DNA of 63,104 bases, filler included. It is 7 parts of 7 records of this genome, joined end to end, with 100 filler letters (N's around TTAATTAATTAA, not from the genome) between each part and the next. Parts side by side here need not be neighbours in the genome. Positions count along the whole stretch, not along the records: positions 50,841 to 57,809 come from SRR20825019_2123; positions 57,910 to 63,104 come from SRR20825019_2199; 5 more parts are not named here. One strand, given 5' to 3'. The notes beneath the pieces are model-generated. The model saw only the letters and a program-made list of their open reading frames with translations. It did not search any database and was not told the origin of the DNA. A program made the translations under genes and the position numbers. Within the stretch, counting starts at the first letter, position 1, and the number at the start of each line of letters is the position of its first letter. This document shows positions 50,841 to 62,160 of this stretch, one piece after another.

Positions 50841-51912
50841 GCGCGCCGATCTGGGCGTGATGATCTCGGCTTCGCACAATCCCTATGACGACAACGGCAT
50901 CAAGCTGTTCCGGCCGGACGGATACAAGCTTAGCGATCAGATCGAGCTTGAGATCGAAAAGCTGATCGACAGCGATATGACGCGCTATCTCGCCAAGGGC
51001 CGCGATATCGGACGGGCCCATCGCGACGAGGAAGCCCGCACCCGCTACATCGAATATGCCAAGCGTACCCTGCCCCGGAACATCGACCTGTCGGGCCTGC
51101 GCGTCGTGCTCGATTGCGCCAATGGCGCCGCCTACAAGGTGGCCCCGATCGCGCTTTGGGAACTGGGCGCCGAAGTCTTCACCATCGGGGCGGAGCCCGA
51201 CGGTTTCAACATCAATTACAAGGTCGGCTCGACCGCCCCTGAGGCCGTTGCGGCCAAGGTCAAGGAAGTCCGCGCCGATATCGGTATCGCGCTCGATGGT
51301 GATGCCGATCGGGTCATCATTGTCGACGAAAAGGGTCATGTGGTCGATGGTGACCAGTTCATGGCCGTCATCGCGGAAAGCTGGCTGGAACGGCAGATGC
51401 TCACGGGTGGCGGCATCGTGGCGACCGTCATGTCCAATCTGGGCCTGGAGCGGCACCTGAGCAAGCTCGGCCTGACCCTGGAACGCACCCAGGTGGGCGA
51501 CCGCTATGTGCTCGAAGCCATGCGCTCCAAGGGTTTCAACGTCGGCGGCGAACAGTCCGGCCATATCATCCTGTCCGATTTCACCACCACGGGCGACGGC
51601 CTTGTCGCGGCGCTGCAATTGCTGGCCGTGCTCAAGCAGATGGACCGCCCGATCTCTGAAATCTGCGCCCGCTTCGAAAAAGTGCCGCAACTGCTGCGCA
51701 GTGTGAAATTCAAGGCCGGCAAGCCGCTCGAGCACAAGCAGGTTATCCAGGCCATTGCCGATGGCCAGGCCATGCTGGGAACCGGCGGGCGCCTGGTGGT
51801 CCGCGCCTCGGGCACCGAGCCGGTGATCCGGGTGATGGGCGAGGCAGACGACGCCATTCTGGTGGAAACCGTGGTCGGTCAGATCGAGACGGCCATTCGC
51901 AATGTGGCCTGA
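50841..51912 (+). CDS. glmM: phosphoglucosamine mutase (5' truncated)
   Basis: ISASHNP, DGDADR, GGEQSGH and RASGTEP. Confidence 0.97.
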
Positions 51913-52012
51913 CGCCGGCCGCCAAATATTGCCAAAGCAATAATACTCAGGCTGCCGAGTAGTATTTTGTAAACGATCAAATTTTGCTTGGGGTTAGGGT
52001 TAAATCTTTAGG

Positions 52013-52027
52013 TTAAGTGGGCCTTAA
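52013..52027 (+). promoter_or_regulatory. putative CtrA box
   Basis: TTAA-GTGGGCC-TTAA (TTAA-N7-TTAA), with a further TTAA at 52000. Confidence 0.6.
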
Positions 52028-52088
52028 GAAGTTTGCCGGATATTGGTCGCAATCGACTTGGTGTCGTGGCAACCAAAGGACCTTCGTT

Positions 52089-52832
52089 ATGCGTAACCTA
52101 TCCGCCGCAGTACTGGTCGCAGGAGCGACCATGATTGCAGGGCAAGCTGTAGCTGCCGATCTGCCCTACTATCCCCCTGTCATCGAAATTCCCGATGTGG
52201 ACCATGGCTATTCCGGCTCGTTCTACCTGCGCGGCAGCGCCGGGCTGAACCTGATGTGGACACCATATGTCAGCCATCCGAGTGCGGCATCTGCAAATAA
52301 GAACTTCGCAATTACCCAATTCGGTTATGGCTATTCGGTCGGCGCCGGTGTCGGGTATGAATTGGGCAATGGTCTCCGCGTTGACGCAACGGTCGATTAC
52401 CTCGCAAACGAAAACATGACGGCCTACATCGATGATGGCTCCGGCGGTGCAACCCTGACCGTAGGCGACCACAAACTGTCGCTGCGCTCAACTGTCCTGC
52501 TCGCCAACGCATACTACGATTTTAGTCTGGGCGATGGCGGTTATGGCGCCGCCGGCGGCATGTTCGGCTACGTCGGCGCTGGCGCCGGCGTTGCTTTCAA
52601 TGACTTCATTACCACGGGATCTGCACTGCCCGACACCCGAGACCAGAACACCAGCCTTGCTGCTGCCGGTATGGTCGGTGTGGGCTATGATTTTGGTCAG
52701 GTGGTTGCCGATGTCGGCTACCGCGCGCTCTATATCAATCGCATTCAAAACGATGCAGCGACCTTTCCGTATACCCTCGACAACAACTGGGTCCACGAAG
52801 TGCGCGGTACGGTCCGCTATCGCTTCAACTAA
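52089..52832 (+). CDS. outer-membrane beta-barrel protein (Omp25/RopB/opacity-like)
   Basis: Signal peptide ending AVA-ADL; GAGVGY and YVGAGAG strands; C-terminal RYRFN. Confidence 0.85.
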   Translation: MRNLSAAVLVAGATMIAGQAVAADLPYYPPVIEIPDVDHGYSGSFYLRGSAGLNLMWTPYVSHPSAASANKNFAITQFGYGYSVGAGVGYELGNGLRVDATVDYLANENMTAYIDDGSGGATLTVGDHKLSLRSTVLLANAYYDFSLGDGGYGAAGGMFGYVGAGAGVAFNDFITTGSALPDTRDQNTSLAAAGMVGVGYDFGQVVADVGYRALYINRIQNDAATFPYTLDNNWVHEVRGTVRYRFN

Positions 52833-52966
52833 GCGGCTTGTGGCGGACCGCCACCTCCGCCCCTGACCTTTTCGGGCCGGTGTCAGAAGACACCGGCCCA
52901 TTTTCGTGGCGCCACTGGACCATTAGCCCCTGCCAATGCTCAATAGCGGGCGGAGGAATTTTCACG

Positions 52967-53956
52967 ATGCATATTCTGATTATCGGTGCCGCCGGGATGG
53001 TTGGCCGCAAGCTCACTTCGGCCCTGTTGGCCCCAGGCAGCGTCGGCGATGACCCCATCGACAAGATCACGCTGGCCGATGTTGTGGCACCTGACGCGCC
53101 GCATACCACCATTCCCTGCAACACCCTGGCAGCCGATCTTTCCGCACATGGCGTGGCCGCAAAACTGGTCGCCGACAGGCCGGATTTGATCTTTCACCTG
53201 GCAGCCATTGTATCGGGCGAGGCCGAGGCCGATTTCGACAAGGGTTATGCCATCAATCTTGATGGCACCCGGTTCCTGCTCGAGGCCATCCGCCAAGAGG
53301 GCAGGAACCAGCCATATTGCCCGCGACTCGTCTTCACCTCGTCCATCGCGGTTTTCGGCGAGCCCCTGCCCCCGGCCATCCCCGACGACATGGCCCATAC
53401 GCCCCTGACCAGCTATGGCACGCAAAAGGCCATTTGCGAGCTTTTGTTGGCCGATTATTCGCGCCGTGGCTTTGTGGACGGTATCGGTATTCGCCTGCCT
53501 ACCATCGTCGTGCGTCCCGGCAAGCCCAACAAGGCGGCCTCGGGCTTTTTCTCCGGCATTATCCGCGAGCCGCTCAATGGCATTGAAGCCGTTCTGCCGG
53601 TGGCCGACAGCGTCCGGCACTGGTTCGCCAGCCCCCGCGCGGCCATCGGCTTCCTGCGCCATGCCGCAACACTCGACACGACCCCGCTCGGCCAGCGCCG
53701 CACCCTCACCATGCCGGGCCTGTCGGCAACCATTGCCGAGGAGATTGCCGCACTCGAACGCTTTGGTGGCGCCGCAGCCACCCGGCTGATCCGCCGCGAA
53801 CCCGATGAGACAATTGCCCGTATCGTGGCCGGCTGGCCGCAGAATTTCGACGCGCGGCGAGCCATGGAGCTGGGCTTTGTCGCCGAGGCCAGCTTTGACG
53901 ACATCATCCGCGCCCATATCGATGACGAATTGGGCGGGGTGACTGTCCGGGCCTGA
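52967..53956 (+). CDS. denD: NAD-dependent epimerase/dehydratase family, D-erythronate dehydrogenase-like
   Basis: GAAGMVG, HLAAIVSGEAE, YGTQK and PGKPNKAAS. Confidence 0.8.
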   Translation: MHILIIGAAGMVGRKLTSALLAPGSVGDDPIDKITLADVVAPDAPHTTIPCNTLAADLSAHGVAAKLVADRPDLIFHLAAIVSGEAEADFDKGYAINLDGTRFLLEAIRQEGRNQPYCPRLVFTSSIAVFGEPLPPAIPDDMAHTPLTSYGTQKAICELLLADYSRRGFVDGIGIRLPTIVVRPGKPNKAASGFFSGIIREPLNGIEAVLPVADSVRHWFASPRAAIGFLRHAATLDTTPLGQRRTLTMPGLSATIAEEIAALERFGGAAATRLIRREPDETIARIVAGWPQNFDARRAMELGFVAEASFDDIIRAHIDDELGGVTVRA

Positions 53957-53973
53957 TCAAAACGCTATTCACC

Positions 53974-54007
53974 AAAAAAAAACGCCGCGGTCCTCCGCGG
54001 CGTTCTT
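53974..54007. terminator. bidirectional intrinsic terminator
   Basis: A-tract, AACGCCGCGG-TCCT-CCGCGGCGTT, CTT between convergent genes. Confidence 0.8.
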
Positions 54008-54025
54008 GCATTGATGGGCCGACGA

Positions 54026-55330
54026 TTAGGCCCCGGTCACGCGCCAGATGACATCGCCGACATCGTCGGCCATCAGCACCGAACCATCGCTGGCCAGCGC
54101 CACGCCGACCGGACGGCCATAGGAATACTTCTCGTCGGGCGAGAGGAAATTGCCCAGGATTTCGCGCGGCATGCCGACCGGCTTGCCATTCTGGAATTCG
54201 ACGAAGGCCAACTTGTAGCCGGACAGCGTGGAGCGGTTCCACGAGCCGTGCTGACCAATGGCCATGCCGGCCGGGAAGCCGGGCAGCGTGCCCTCGGGCA
54301 ACCAGCACAGGCCCAGCGAGGCGGTGTGACCTCCAAGAGCAAAATCGGGCTGCTTGGCACTCGCGACCTTGGCCGCATCCTGCGGTACGCGGTCGTCGAC
54401 AACGCGATTCCAATAGCAATAGGGCCAGCCATAGAAACCGCCATCGACCACCGAGGTCAGATAATCCGGCGGGGTCTCGTCGCCCAGACCATCGCGCTCA
54501 TTGACCACCGTCCAAAGATGGCCGCCCTCGGGCTCCCAGGCCATGCCGACCGGGTTGCGCAGGCCGGAACCGAATATGCGGGACTGGCCCGTCGCCAGAT
54601 CCAGCTCATGGATGCAGGCACGGTTTTCTTCGGCCGCCATGCCATGGTCGCCGATATTGCTCAGCGAACCGACGGCCACGTAAAGCTTGGAACCATCCTT
54701 GGAGGCAATCAGATTGCGCGTCCAGTGTCCGCCCGGGATCAGGTCCATGATCTTTTTGCCGGGTGTCGTGATCCTGGTTTCACCGGCCACATAGGGATAG
54801 GCCAGCACCGCATCGGAGGCGCCGACATAAAGCGTGTCGCCGACCAGGGCTATACCAAAGGGCTGACGAACATTTTCGATATAGGCGTGGCGTTCCTCGG
54901 CCACGCCATCGCCGTCCGCATCGCGCAAGAGAGTAACGCGGTTGGGGCTCTTGCCCGCCGCCCGCGCCCGCTTCATGGTCGCATGCATGGCATGGTCGAA
55001 AATCGAGCGCGGGCCTGAACCCTCTTCGCCCATGGATTCGGCCACCAGCACATCGCCATTGGGCAGCACATGCATATTGCGCGGATGCACCAGGTCACGC
55101 GCAAAGGCATTGACCTTGAGCCCGGCGGCCGGCGTCGGCATGTGATTGCCTTCCCAGCCCTTGGCTGTCGGCATTTTCAGCGTCGGAATCTTGCCCTGCG
55201 GCTTGGGGTCTGGAATGGACGGCGTCGTGCCGAAGGCATGCGGCTTCGGGCCGTCGCCGGAATGGCGGATGGCAACGGCAGCGCCGCCGACAAGGGCTAC
55301 GAAGCGGGCGAATAGAGTAGGCTCGGCCAT
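54026..55330 (-). CDS. PQQ-dependent sorbosone dehydrogenase family protein
   Basis: HWTRN, GSLSN, GLRNPVG, VNERDGLG and FYGWPY. Confidence 0.88.
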   Translation of the reverse strand: MAEPTLFARFVALVGGAAVAIRHSGDGPKPHAFGTTPSIPDPKPQGKIPTLKMPTAKGWEGNHMPTPAAGLKVNAFARDLVHPRNMHVLPNGDVLVAESMGEEGSGPRSIFDHAMHATMKRARAAGKSPNRVTLLRDADGDGVAEERHAYIENVRQPFGIALVGDTLYVGASDAVLAYPYVAGETRITTPGKKIMDLIPGGHWTRNLIASKDGSKLYVAVGSLSNIGDHGMAAEENRACIHELDLATGQSRIFGSGLRNPVGMAWEPEGGHLWTVVNERDGLGDETPPDYLTSVVDGGFYGWPYCYWNRVVDDRVPQDAAKVASAKQPDFALGGHTASLGLCWLPEGTLPGFPAGMAIGQHGSWNRSTLSGYKLAFVEFQNGKPVGMPREILGNFLSPDEKYSYGRPVGVALASDGSVLMADDVGDVIWRVTGA

Positions 55331-55476
55331 GGATCGTCTCGATTGTGGGATTTGAATCTGGAATGTGGCGCCACGCTAATGGCTTTGCCCGCCAAGAACC
55401 AGACATTGGTATGATTTATTTGACAGCTTCGACACATTCGATGCCACCGCCACAACAAAGGGCGGGGGGCCTGAAC

Positions 55477-56775
55477 TTATGGCACGGGGTCTGTCGCCTC
55501 GTCTTGCGCGGTGATGGGTTCCTCGATGACCAGATCGCTGAGATGGATGGCCTCGTCGTCCGCCACCACCGAAACGGCGGCACTGGTACCAAGATCGAAG
55601 TTCTGCTTTTCCTCCTCAGGCAGGCCTTCGCGGCGCGCCAGCCGCACGGTCACGAATATCACCAGAATGGCGAAGACCAGCCCATTGGTGACGAAGATCC
55701 CGGCCGGGCCCAGAAGCTCGAAACTGAGCGAGGACACCAGGGGGCCGATGGTCGAGCCGATGCCGTTGATCAGCAACAGTCCGGCGGACACCTCGACATA
55801 GTCCGCCCGATCGGCAAAGTCGAAAATATGGGCAGCCGCAATGGCATAGCAGGGCAGAAGCCCGGCCCCGAAGGCAAAGCCGATGGCCAGCCAAGGCGAG
55901 GTCGAATAGGGCAGGACAACCAGCGCCCCGCCGGCAACGATCGAAAACAGCGCCAGCCCGATCAACACCTGGCGGCGATCCATGGAGTCGGAAATCTTGC
56001 CGGCCGGCCATTGCAGCACCGCCCCGCCCAGCACGGCAGCACTCATGAACAAAGCCGCATCGCGAATGCTGCCGCTGGCAGCGCTGGCATAGGCCGGCCC
56101 CAGCGACCAGAACGATCCGGTCGCCATGCCGATCAGAAAAATGGAAACCGTGCCGGTGGGAGACAGGCGGAACATGCGCACGGGTCGAAACCGCACAATG
56201 GTGATCGGTGCCGGCTGGCTCGAGCGGGTCATCACAATCGGCACAGCCGCCAGCGACACCAGCACCGAGGCGATGGAAAACAACACGAAGCTATCGGGCT
56301 GGAACAGCGTGACCAGCATCTGTCCCAGCGTGATGACGGTGAAATTGACCGTGACATAGATCGAAATCAGCGCGCCGCGGGTTTCATTGGTTGCCTGATC
56401 GTTGAGCCAGCTTTCCACCACCAGATAAAGCCCGGCCAGGCAAAATCCGGTGATCATGCGCAGGGCGATCCAGACCATGGATTCGACCCCGATGGGGTAA
56501 CCCAGCGCCGCTGCCGAGGCGATCGAGACCAGCGCGGCGAAGGTGCGGATATGCCCGGCACGCATGATCAGGCGCGGCGTCAGCACACATCCCACCACGA
56601 AACCGAGAAAATAGCCCGATCCCAACAGGCCCACCTCAAGGGCGGAAAACCCCTCCAGCCCGCCGCGAATGGGCAGCAGCATGACCTGCAGGCCATTGCC
56701 CATGATCAAGAGCGCCACGCTGAGCAGAATGGCGCCCGCGGCCAGCATTGGAGAAAGGATCGTGCTCCCGGGCAT
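55477..56775 (-). CDS. MFS transporter (YcaD-like)
   Basis: About 12 TM segments; GHIRTF, ESWLN and SDSMDRR. Confidence 0.9.
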   Translation of the reverse strand: MPGSTILSPMLAAGAILLSVALLIMGNGLQVMLLPIRGGLEGFSALEVGLLGSGYFLGFVVGCVLTPRLIMRAGHIRTFAALVSIASAAALGYPIGVESMVWIALRMITGFCLAGLYLVVESWLNDQATNETRGALISIYVTVNFTVITLGQMLVTLFQPDSFVLFSIASVLVSLAAVPIVMTRSSQPAPITIVRFRPVRMFRLSPTGTVSIFLIGMATGSFWSLGPAYASAASGSIRDAALFMSAAVLGGAVLQWPAGKISDSMDRRQVLIGLALFSIVAGGALVVLPYSTSPWLAIGFAFGAGLLPCYAIAAAHIFDFADRADYVEVSAGLLLINGIGSTIGPLVSSLSFELLGPAGIFVTNGLVFAILVIFVTVRLARREGLPEEEKQNFDLGTSAAVSVVADDEAIHLSDLVIEEPITAQDEATDPVP

Positions 56776-57098
56776 GTTTGCCTGCCTTTTTCCGCCCATC
56801 CGATTTGCCCCTGTGTTCCGGCCGGGCGATGCACCAGCACAGGTTCCTTGCATCCTGATCATGCCTGCTTCGGGCCGATGCGCCAAATCAGACTTGAACA
56901 AGCCCATGGTGGCAGCGTTTCATGCTTTGAAGTCAACGATTTGACATTACGCACACAATTGGCGGCCTGCTTCGTCCTTCAGGGGAAACAACTTAATGTG
57001 GCGAGAATCCATTTGACGCCGCACGGCCCGGGGCGTATTTGCGGCCTCAGGACATCTCGCCCTAACGCGAGACAATAGGCCTGGGAGGGCCGCTAGAT

Positions 57099-57809
57099 AT
57101 GGCTGATACGCCCCAAACCGCACCGGCGGTCAAACCGGCTAATCCAAATTTCTCGTCGGGTCCGTGCTCCAAGCGTCCAGGTTGGACGATTGATGCGCTT
57201 GCCGGCGCGCTGACCGGCCGCTCGCACCGCGCCAAGCCCGCCAAGGCGCGCATTCAGCAGGCCATCGACCTGACGCGCGACCTGCTCCAGGTCCCCGCCG
57301 ACTATCGCATCGGCATCGTCCCTGCTTCCGATACCGGCGCTGTTGAAATGTTCCTCTGGAGCGCCCTGGGCGCCCGCGGAGTCGACATGCTCGCCTGGGA
57401 AAGCTTCGGCGCCGGCTGGGTCACCGATGTGCAAAAACAGCTCAAGCTCGACGATGTCCGCGTGCTCGAGGCCCCCTATGGCGAACTGCCGGACCTGACC
57501 CAGGTTGATTTCACCCGCGATGTGGTCTTCACCTGGAACGGCACCACGTCGGGCGTCCGCGTGCCAAATGCTCACTGGATTCCGGCTGATCGTGAAGGCC
57601 TGACCATCTGCGACGCCACCTCGGCCGCTTTCGCGCAGAACCTCGATTTCGCCAAGCTCGACGTCGTCACCTTCTCCTGGCAGAAGGCGCTGGGCGGTGA
57701 AGCGGCCCATGGCGTGCTGATCCTCTCGCCCCGCGCTGTCGAACGGCTCGAAAGCTACAAGCCCGATCGCCCGCTGCCCAAGATCTTCCGCATGACCAAG
57801 GGCGGCAAG
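57099..57809 (+). CDS. serC: phosphoserine aminotransferase (3' truncated)
   Basis: FSSGPC.KRPGW, SDTGAVE, NGTTSG, DATSA and SWQK. Confidence 0.95.
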
Positions 57810-57909
57810 NNNNNNNNNNNNNNNNNNNNNNNNNNNNNNNNNNNNNNNNNNNNTTAATTAATTAANNNNNNNNNNNNNNNNNNNNNNNNNNNNNNNNNNN
57901 NNNNNNNNN
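57810..57909. other. artificial contig spacer
   Basis: N-run, TTAATTAATTAA, N-run. Confidence 0.99.
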
Positions 57910-60900
57910 ACCCCCCAACGTATCAGGGCCGAGCAGCGACTATCAAAACTACTACAATTCGAGAGCGAGATTCCCCCCGGCGCCAGTCCCACTCAACACG
58001 ACTCCATGTCCTCACTCCACGCACTAAGCCCATACCGGAATGGGGGATCAGGGGGAGCTGCAGCATCCTCCCAACCTTTGGCATTGGTCTCCCGACGACA
58101 CTCCTCCTCCCATGCCAGGAACTCCTCAATATTTCACGATGATGGCAATGGTACTCACCATCACCATCAACAACTTCATACAGGTGGGAGCGGTGTAATG
58201 GGGGATGGTTCATCATCTCGACGATCTGAGAGGATATCGATCGGACTATCTATGGCGGATAGTAGGTGGGACATTAACAATCCAGCAGCAACTACCCCAC
58301 TGAGTTTTATGGAAGGGAGCACTGTTGTTGCACGTGTTGGTGGTAGCGGTGGTGGAAGAGACAATAATAGCAACTCCTTCTTCAACAGCTTTAACCCTGC
58401 GATGTTAGCACAAAACAGCTCATATGGCAACGCTGCCTCCATCAGGGAAATTGAGATGGTTCCGACCTCCTCAGGCCCATTCCTTCAGACCCAAGTGAGT
58501 GGATCCGGCAGCATGCATCCTAGCGAATTTACAAGCTCTAACCACACTGAGCGAGAGGGATCAGCAGGTGCTGGTATCGGAAGCGGAAATCAACAACAAA
58601 CGTGGACTCCATCCTTCACACCCCTTGGACTACCAGGTGGACAACAACACCTACGCCGTTCGGACATCCCTTCCATCAACGTCACCTCCCTCGAAGACAC
58701 AATCGAAAATCCGAGTGCCAAAGTCCCAAAATCGGCCAACAACAACAACAACTTAAACAGTTTGTTTGATGAGACTAGTATTGGTGAACATAACATGTCA
58801 GGGTGGAGGCCCATGGATAACTACGCCCTTGGAGCAAGTAGTACCACCCCCTCCCATGGGCGTGGTAGTGTCTCAAAGCGAGGTATGGACTACGCCCTCA
58901 ACTCCTTCGCCAAAATACCCCTCAACAACCATGATAGTGATGATAATAATCAAAACAATCGCTCTGTTCATAGAGAGGAAAATGAGGTTGAGACTACAGC
59001 AGCACGTCCCAGGAGTAATAGGATGGCGCTGTGGCGTCGATGCTGCCGTACCCTCCCCCCTTGGATGCCCCTACGTCGCATCACCCCCCTCGCAATTGTC
59101 CAATGCGTCGTCGTCTCCACCGTCGTCGTCCTCTTCTACTTCTACCCCTCAACGATTGCAACCTCCGCCGCACTGCTCCCTTGTGAGTCTATCCACTCCA
59201 GTCCACTAACAGGGACGCCTTCTACTAATTCATACCTCTCGTCGGATATGGCGATTGATTGCGATACTGAGGAGCATAGTGTGTACACCCAACGGGCAGT
59301 CGTGTCCATCATCGCCTACGGCCTCGGTACACCCCTCGTCATGACACTTGGTGTCTTCGTCGTCGCACGGGCCTTCTTCGGGGGGGATATGGATAAAGCC
59401 CGGCAGGTGTTCTTTTTTACAACTGCAGGTTTTAGGGAGGATAGGTGGTTCTGGGAGGCGGTGGTGATGCTGAGAAAGGCCGCCGTGGTACTTGCGGTCA
59501 CCATCCCTACTGACCCATATACCCGTACAGTAATCGTTACATGGCTCATCATATTCTTCCTTGCACTAAACATCATTGCGAGGCCCTATGACAGTGCTGC
59601 CCTTGGTGCCGTTGAAAATGCATCCCTTGCAGTACTTCTAGTGAGCTTTAGTGTGTTATTCTTACATCCACAGATGGAAGACGATAACCGCGTTCTACTA
59701 TTCGGCGGATCAGTCGTGCTGATTGTAAACGTTCTGTTTTTAGTCCTTGCAGTCGGTGTCATGATATACATCATTACACTCGTTGTGAAGGCCTATCAGA
59801 CACAGTATACAAGTCGTTTGGAGCGTCGGCTAGAGGTGGTGCACAACCTTCGTCTCCTAAGCACCATTGAGGGCAATGAGGAGATTGTAGAGGCGCTACG
59901 GCAGGAGCAGAAGGACCGATTGGAGGCCCTTGAGGTGGAGGAGGCGCTCAATGCGGATGCATCCAACGCCGCCATTGCAACCCTCATCCAGACCATCTCC
60001 CGTATTGAAGACTGGCGACTCGCTAGGAGCAATGCACGTGCCGTTAAGCTATCCCGTCGTGTTACATTGATCCACCCTCGGAGTTTCCAAGTTGGGGACT
60101 TTGTGCTTAATGAGGTGCTACGGGACACTAACGTCATGCAGCGGGCTGCCCTCGCTATCGTCCTTCACACCAACTCCGAGCTCTACATTTCTGGAGGTGC
60201 CCCACTGGCTTACTTTGAACGCCTTGCCGAGGAGAAGGTGCAAGGTGGTGCACTGTGGGCTGACATTGCCACGGGATGCCTTATGGGGCTGACCGACGAC
60301 AAGAATAAGAACGAAGGATATGGCGACAACGACGGTGATGATGGGCAGGCCCTACGCACCCAATCATCATCCATGTCCCTCCCAGGTAGGAGCGGCACGA
60401 ACTGGCAGGGCATTGCTAGCATCAGTGGGTTTGTCATGAGCATGCGGGCGGATGCTACCCCATCATCGGCTACAGCAAATATTGCCGTCTCTGAGGCAAC
60501 TTCTAGGAGTGCCGAGCTGAGGAAGTTCCAAGTCGGCCTGCTGGAGCACATCCACACGCTTTGCCAGGAGCTATCCGCAATGATGATTGTCTATGATCAG
60601 GCCGCATACCGAATCGGAAATGATCGAAAGAGGGGCACTCTGACCCACATCGGCCTACTTGATAATGTGATGCTCCTTGCAGACGGGGATGGTTTCCAGG
60701 TGGATGAAGACCAGATTGGGGCCGCTCATCGGTGGGGGGAGTCGATGGGGGTTACAAGCCACATGGCCCTCCGAGCCGTCTTCACTACGGCTACCGCCCT
60801 ACGCTCGCAACAAATAGTCCCAGAGGAACGACTACGAGAAAACTACCACCAGAAGCGTGTGGACGATGCTGCTGATCTTCTCCAAGCACGTGCCATACAA

Positions 60901-62160
60901 GCACAAACACCCAAGTCGTCAGATGGCCTATTCTCTCAGAACGGTATGGTACTCTTCAACGGGTTAAGTATCGAGCCCCACAACACCAACTCCGAAGACA
61001 ACACCCTTGCCAGCAACGACCTGCCCGCCTCTAACAGCTACACCATTCCAGCAGCCGCCAGACCCGTTGCCACCACCCCCACCACGTCCCATACCGCCAT
61101 CGACCTCACATCAAATGAAACCGCTGTGTTCGCCCCTGTTGCTACCCTGCATCCTCTGCTCCCTAGTGTTAGTCCCACCTGGAGCCCTGGTACCTCCGAA
61201 CCACCATCCATCCAGTCCACCTTCCCACTAAGCCCTAACTGGAGCTCGGGAATCGCCGCCCCGGGGTTCACCGTCACATCTGCTTCGGACTTTGTCCTTG
61301 CAGGTGGCGGTATTGTTGCCAATGTGAGCAGTGGTGCATTTGCAGAGGATGTGGACGGTAGTGCGGCCTCCTTCAGAGCCCCGTCAGTAGCCCATACCAC
61401 TGTTGGTCGACAAGCCTCCCACATAGTCGAAGGTAAACAACAATCAACCTTTGGAAGTAAGGGCAGGCCACAGATTGCGATCGAGTCGTCTCCTTATGAC
61501 ACCTGCATTGGACAACGTCGTAGAACCGCTGTCAAGTCGCAACACGGCAGTCAACATAACACCAAGGGCGGTGGTGGCTCAAGGGTCTTCTCTCATACAG
61601 CCGGTAGTATCGACTCCAAGAACGAGGAGGAAATAAAGGAGATCATACCCAAGAGTAACGGCGTCTCAAGGAAAACCGAGGTGCAGAATAGTAGCAGCAA
61701 CGACACCGCAGCACCACCACCACGTCGTGGAGGAGGCGGTACCGCTAACAACACGTATGTTCTCTCATCGAGGTCGTCGATGGACATTAGCAACAATCCA
61801 GAGGAGATCATGAATTTGTTCCCTGTCCTCGATGCACCACCACCTGGTACAACTGCAGTTCAGATGGAACCCACTGGCGTCTTCCCACCTACCCCCGGTG
61901 AAGCTCAAGTTACCAACAGCAACAACAATAGTAACAATACCGAGGTGACATCTGCAGCGACCCCGTTGACATCTGATGAGGCTCAAGCCGCCCGGAAGAG
62001 ATGTACCAACTGTAACTCGACGGTTGCTCAGAGGTTGGAGGACCTCCTTCAGTTCGAGGCGGCAGTACTCACCATCGCTAAGATGCTGGTAGAGGCGGTT
62101 TACTGGTACGAGAGCGCCATGAAGGACGCCACGAGAAATGCCGATGCTGAAGCTCGCTAG
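57910..62160 (+). CDS. large intronless eukaryotic multi-pass membrane protein (probably 5' truncated)
   Basis: Frame is open from the contig edge; TM cluster with WFWEAVVMLRK and ARPY motifs; long low-complexity S/N/T/P tracts. Confidence 0.8.
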   Translation, partial: TPQRIRAEQRLSKLLQFESEIPPGASPTQHDSMSSLHALSPYRNGGSGGAAASSQPLALVSRRHSSSHARNSSIFHDDGNGTHHHHQQLHTGGSGVMGDGSSSRRSERISIGLSMADSRWDINNPAATTPLSFMEGSTVVARVGGSGGGRDNNSNSFFNSFNPAMLAQNSSYGNAASIREIEMVPTSSGPFLQTQVSGSGSMHPSEFTSSNHTEREGSAGAGIGSGNQQQTWTPSFTPLGLPGGQQHLRRSDIPSINVTSLEDTIENPSAKVPKSANNNNNLNSLFDETSIGEHNMSGWRPMDNYALGASSTTPSHGRGSVSKRGMDYALNSFAKIPLNNHDSDDNNQNNRSVHREENEVETTAARPRSNRMALWRRCCRTLPPWMPLRRITPLAIVQCVVVSTVVVLFYFYPSTIATSAALLPCESIHSSPLTGTPSTNSYLSSDMAIDCDTEEHSVYTQRAVVSIIAYGLGTPLVMTLGVFVVARAFFGGDMDKARQVFFFTTAGFREDRWFWEAVVMLRKAAVVLAVTIPTDPYTRTVIVTWLIIFFLALNIIARPYDSAALGAVENASLAVLLVSFSVLFLHPQMEDDNRVLLFGGSVVLIVNVLFLVLAVGVMIYIITLVVKAYQTQYTSRLERRLEVVHNLRLLSTIEGNEEIVEALRQEQKDRLEALEVEEALNADASNAAIATLIQTISRIEDWRLARSNARAVKLSRRVTLIHPRSFQVGDFVLNEVLRDTNVMQRAALAIVLHTNSELYISGGAPLAYFERLAEEKVQGGALWADIATGCLMGLTDDKNKNEGYGDNDGDDGQALRTQSSSMSLPGRSGTNWQGIASISGFVMSMRADATPSSATANIAVSEATSRSAELRKFQVGLLEHIHTLCQELSAMMIVYDQAAYRIGNDRKRGTLTHIGLLDNVMLLADGDGFQVDEDQIGAAHRWGESMGVTSHMALRAVFTTATALRSQQIVPEERLRENYHQKRVDDAADLLQARAIQAQTPKSSDGLFSQNGMVLFNGLSIEPHNTNSEDNTLASNDLPASNSYTIPAAARPVATTPTTSHTAIDLTSNETAVFAPVATLHPLLPSVSPTWSPGTSEPPSIQSTFPLSPNWSSGIAAPGFTVTSASDFVLAGGGIVANVSSGAFAEDVDGSAASFRAPSVAHTTVGRQASHIVEGKQQSTFGSKGRPQIAIESSPYDTCIGQRRRTAVKSQHGSQHNTKGGGGSRVFSHTAGSIDSKNEEEIKEIIPKSNGVSRKTEVQNSSSNDTAAPPPRRGGGGTANNTYVLSSRSSMDISNNPEEIMNLFPVLDAPPPGTTAVQMEPTGVFPPTPGEAQVTNSNNNSNNTEVTSAATPLTSDEAQAARKRCTNCNSTVAQRLEDLLQFEAAVLTIAKMLVEAVYWYESAMKDATRNADAEAR

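Noticed and set aside
44645-57078. Long antisense ORFs (e.g. 44645..46324, 49512..50726, 55345..57078)
   Set aside because: Shadow frames of well-supported housekeeping genes in high-GC sequence
9471-57909. Six copies of TTAATTAATTAA within N-runs, and apparent bacteria-eukaryote juxtaposition
   Set aside because: Artificial concatenation linkers; adjacency across them has no biological meaning and is not evidence of gene transfer
58738-61938. (AAC)n-like runs in the large eukaryotic ORF
   Set aside because: Ordinary Asn-rich low-complexity coding sequence
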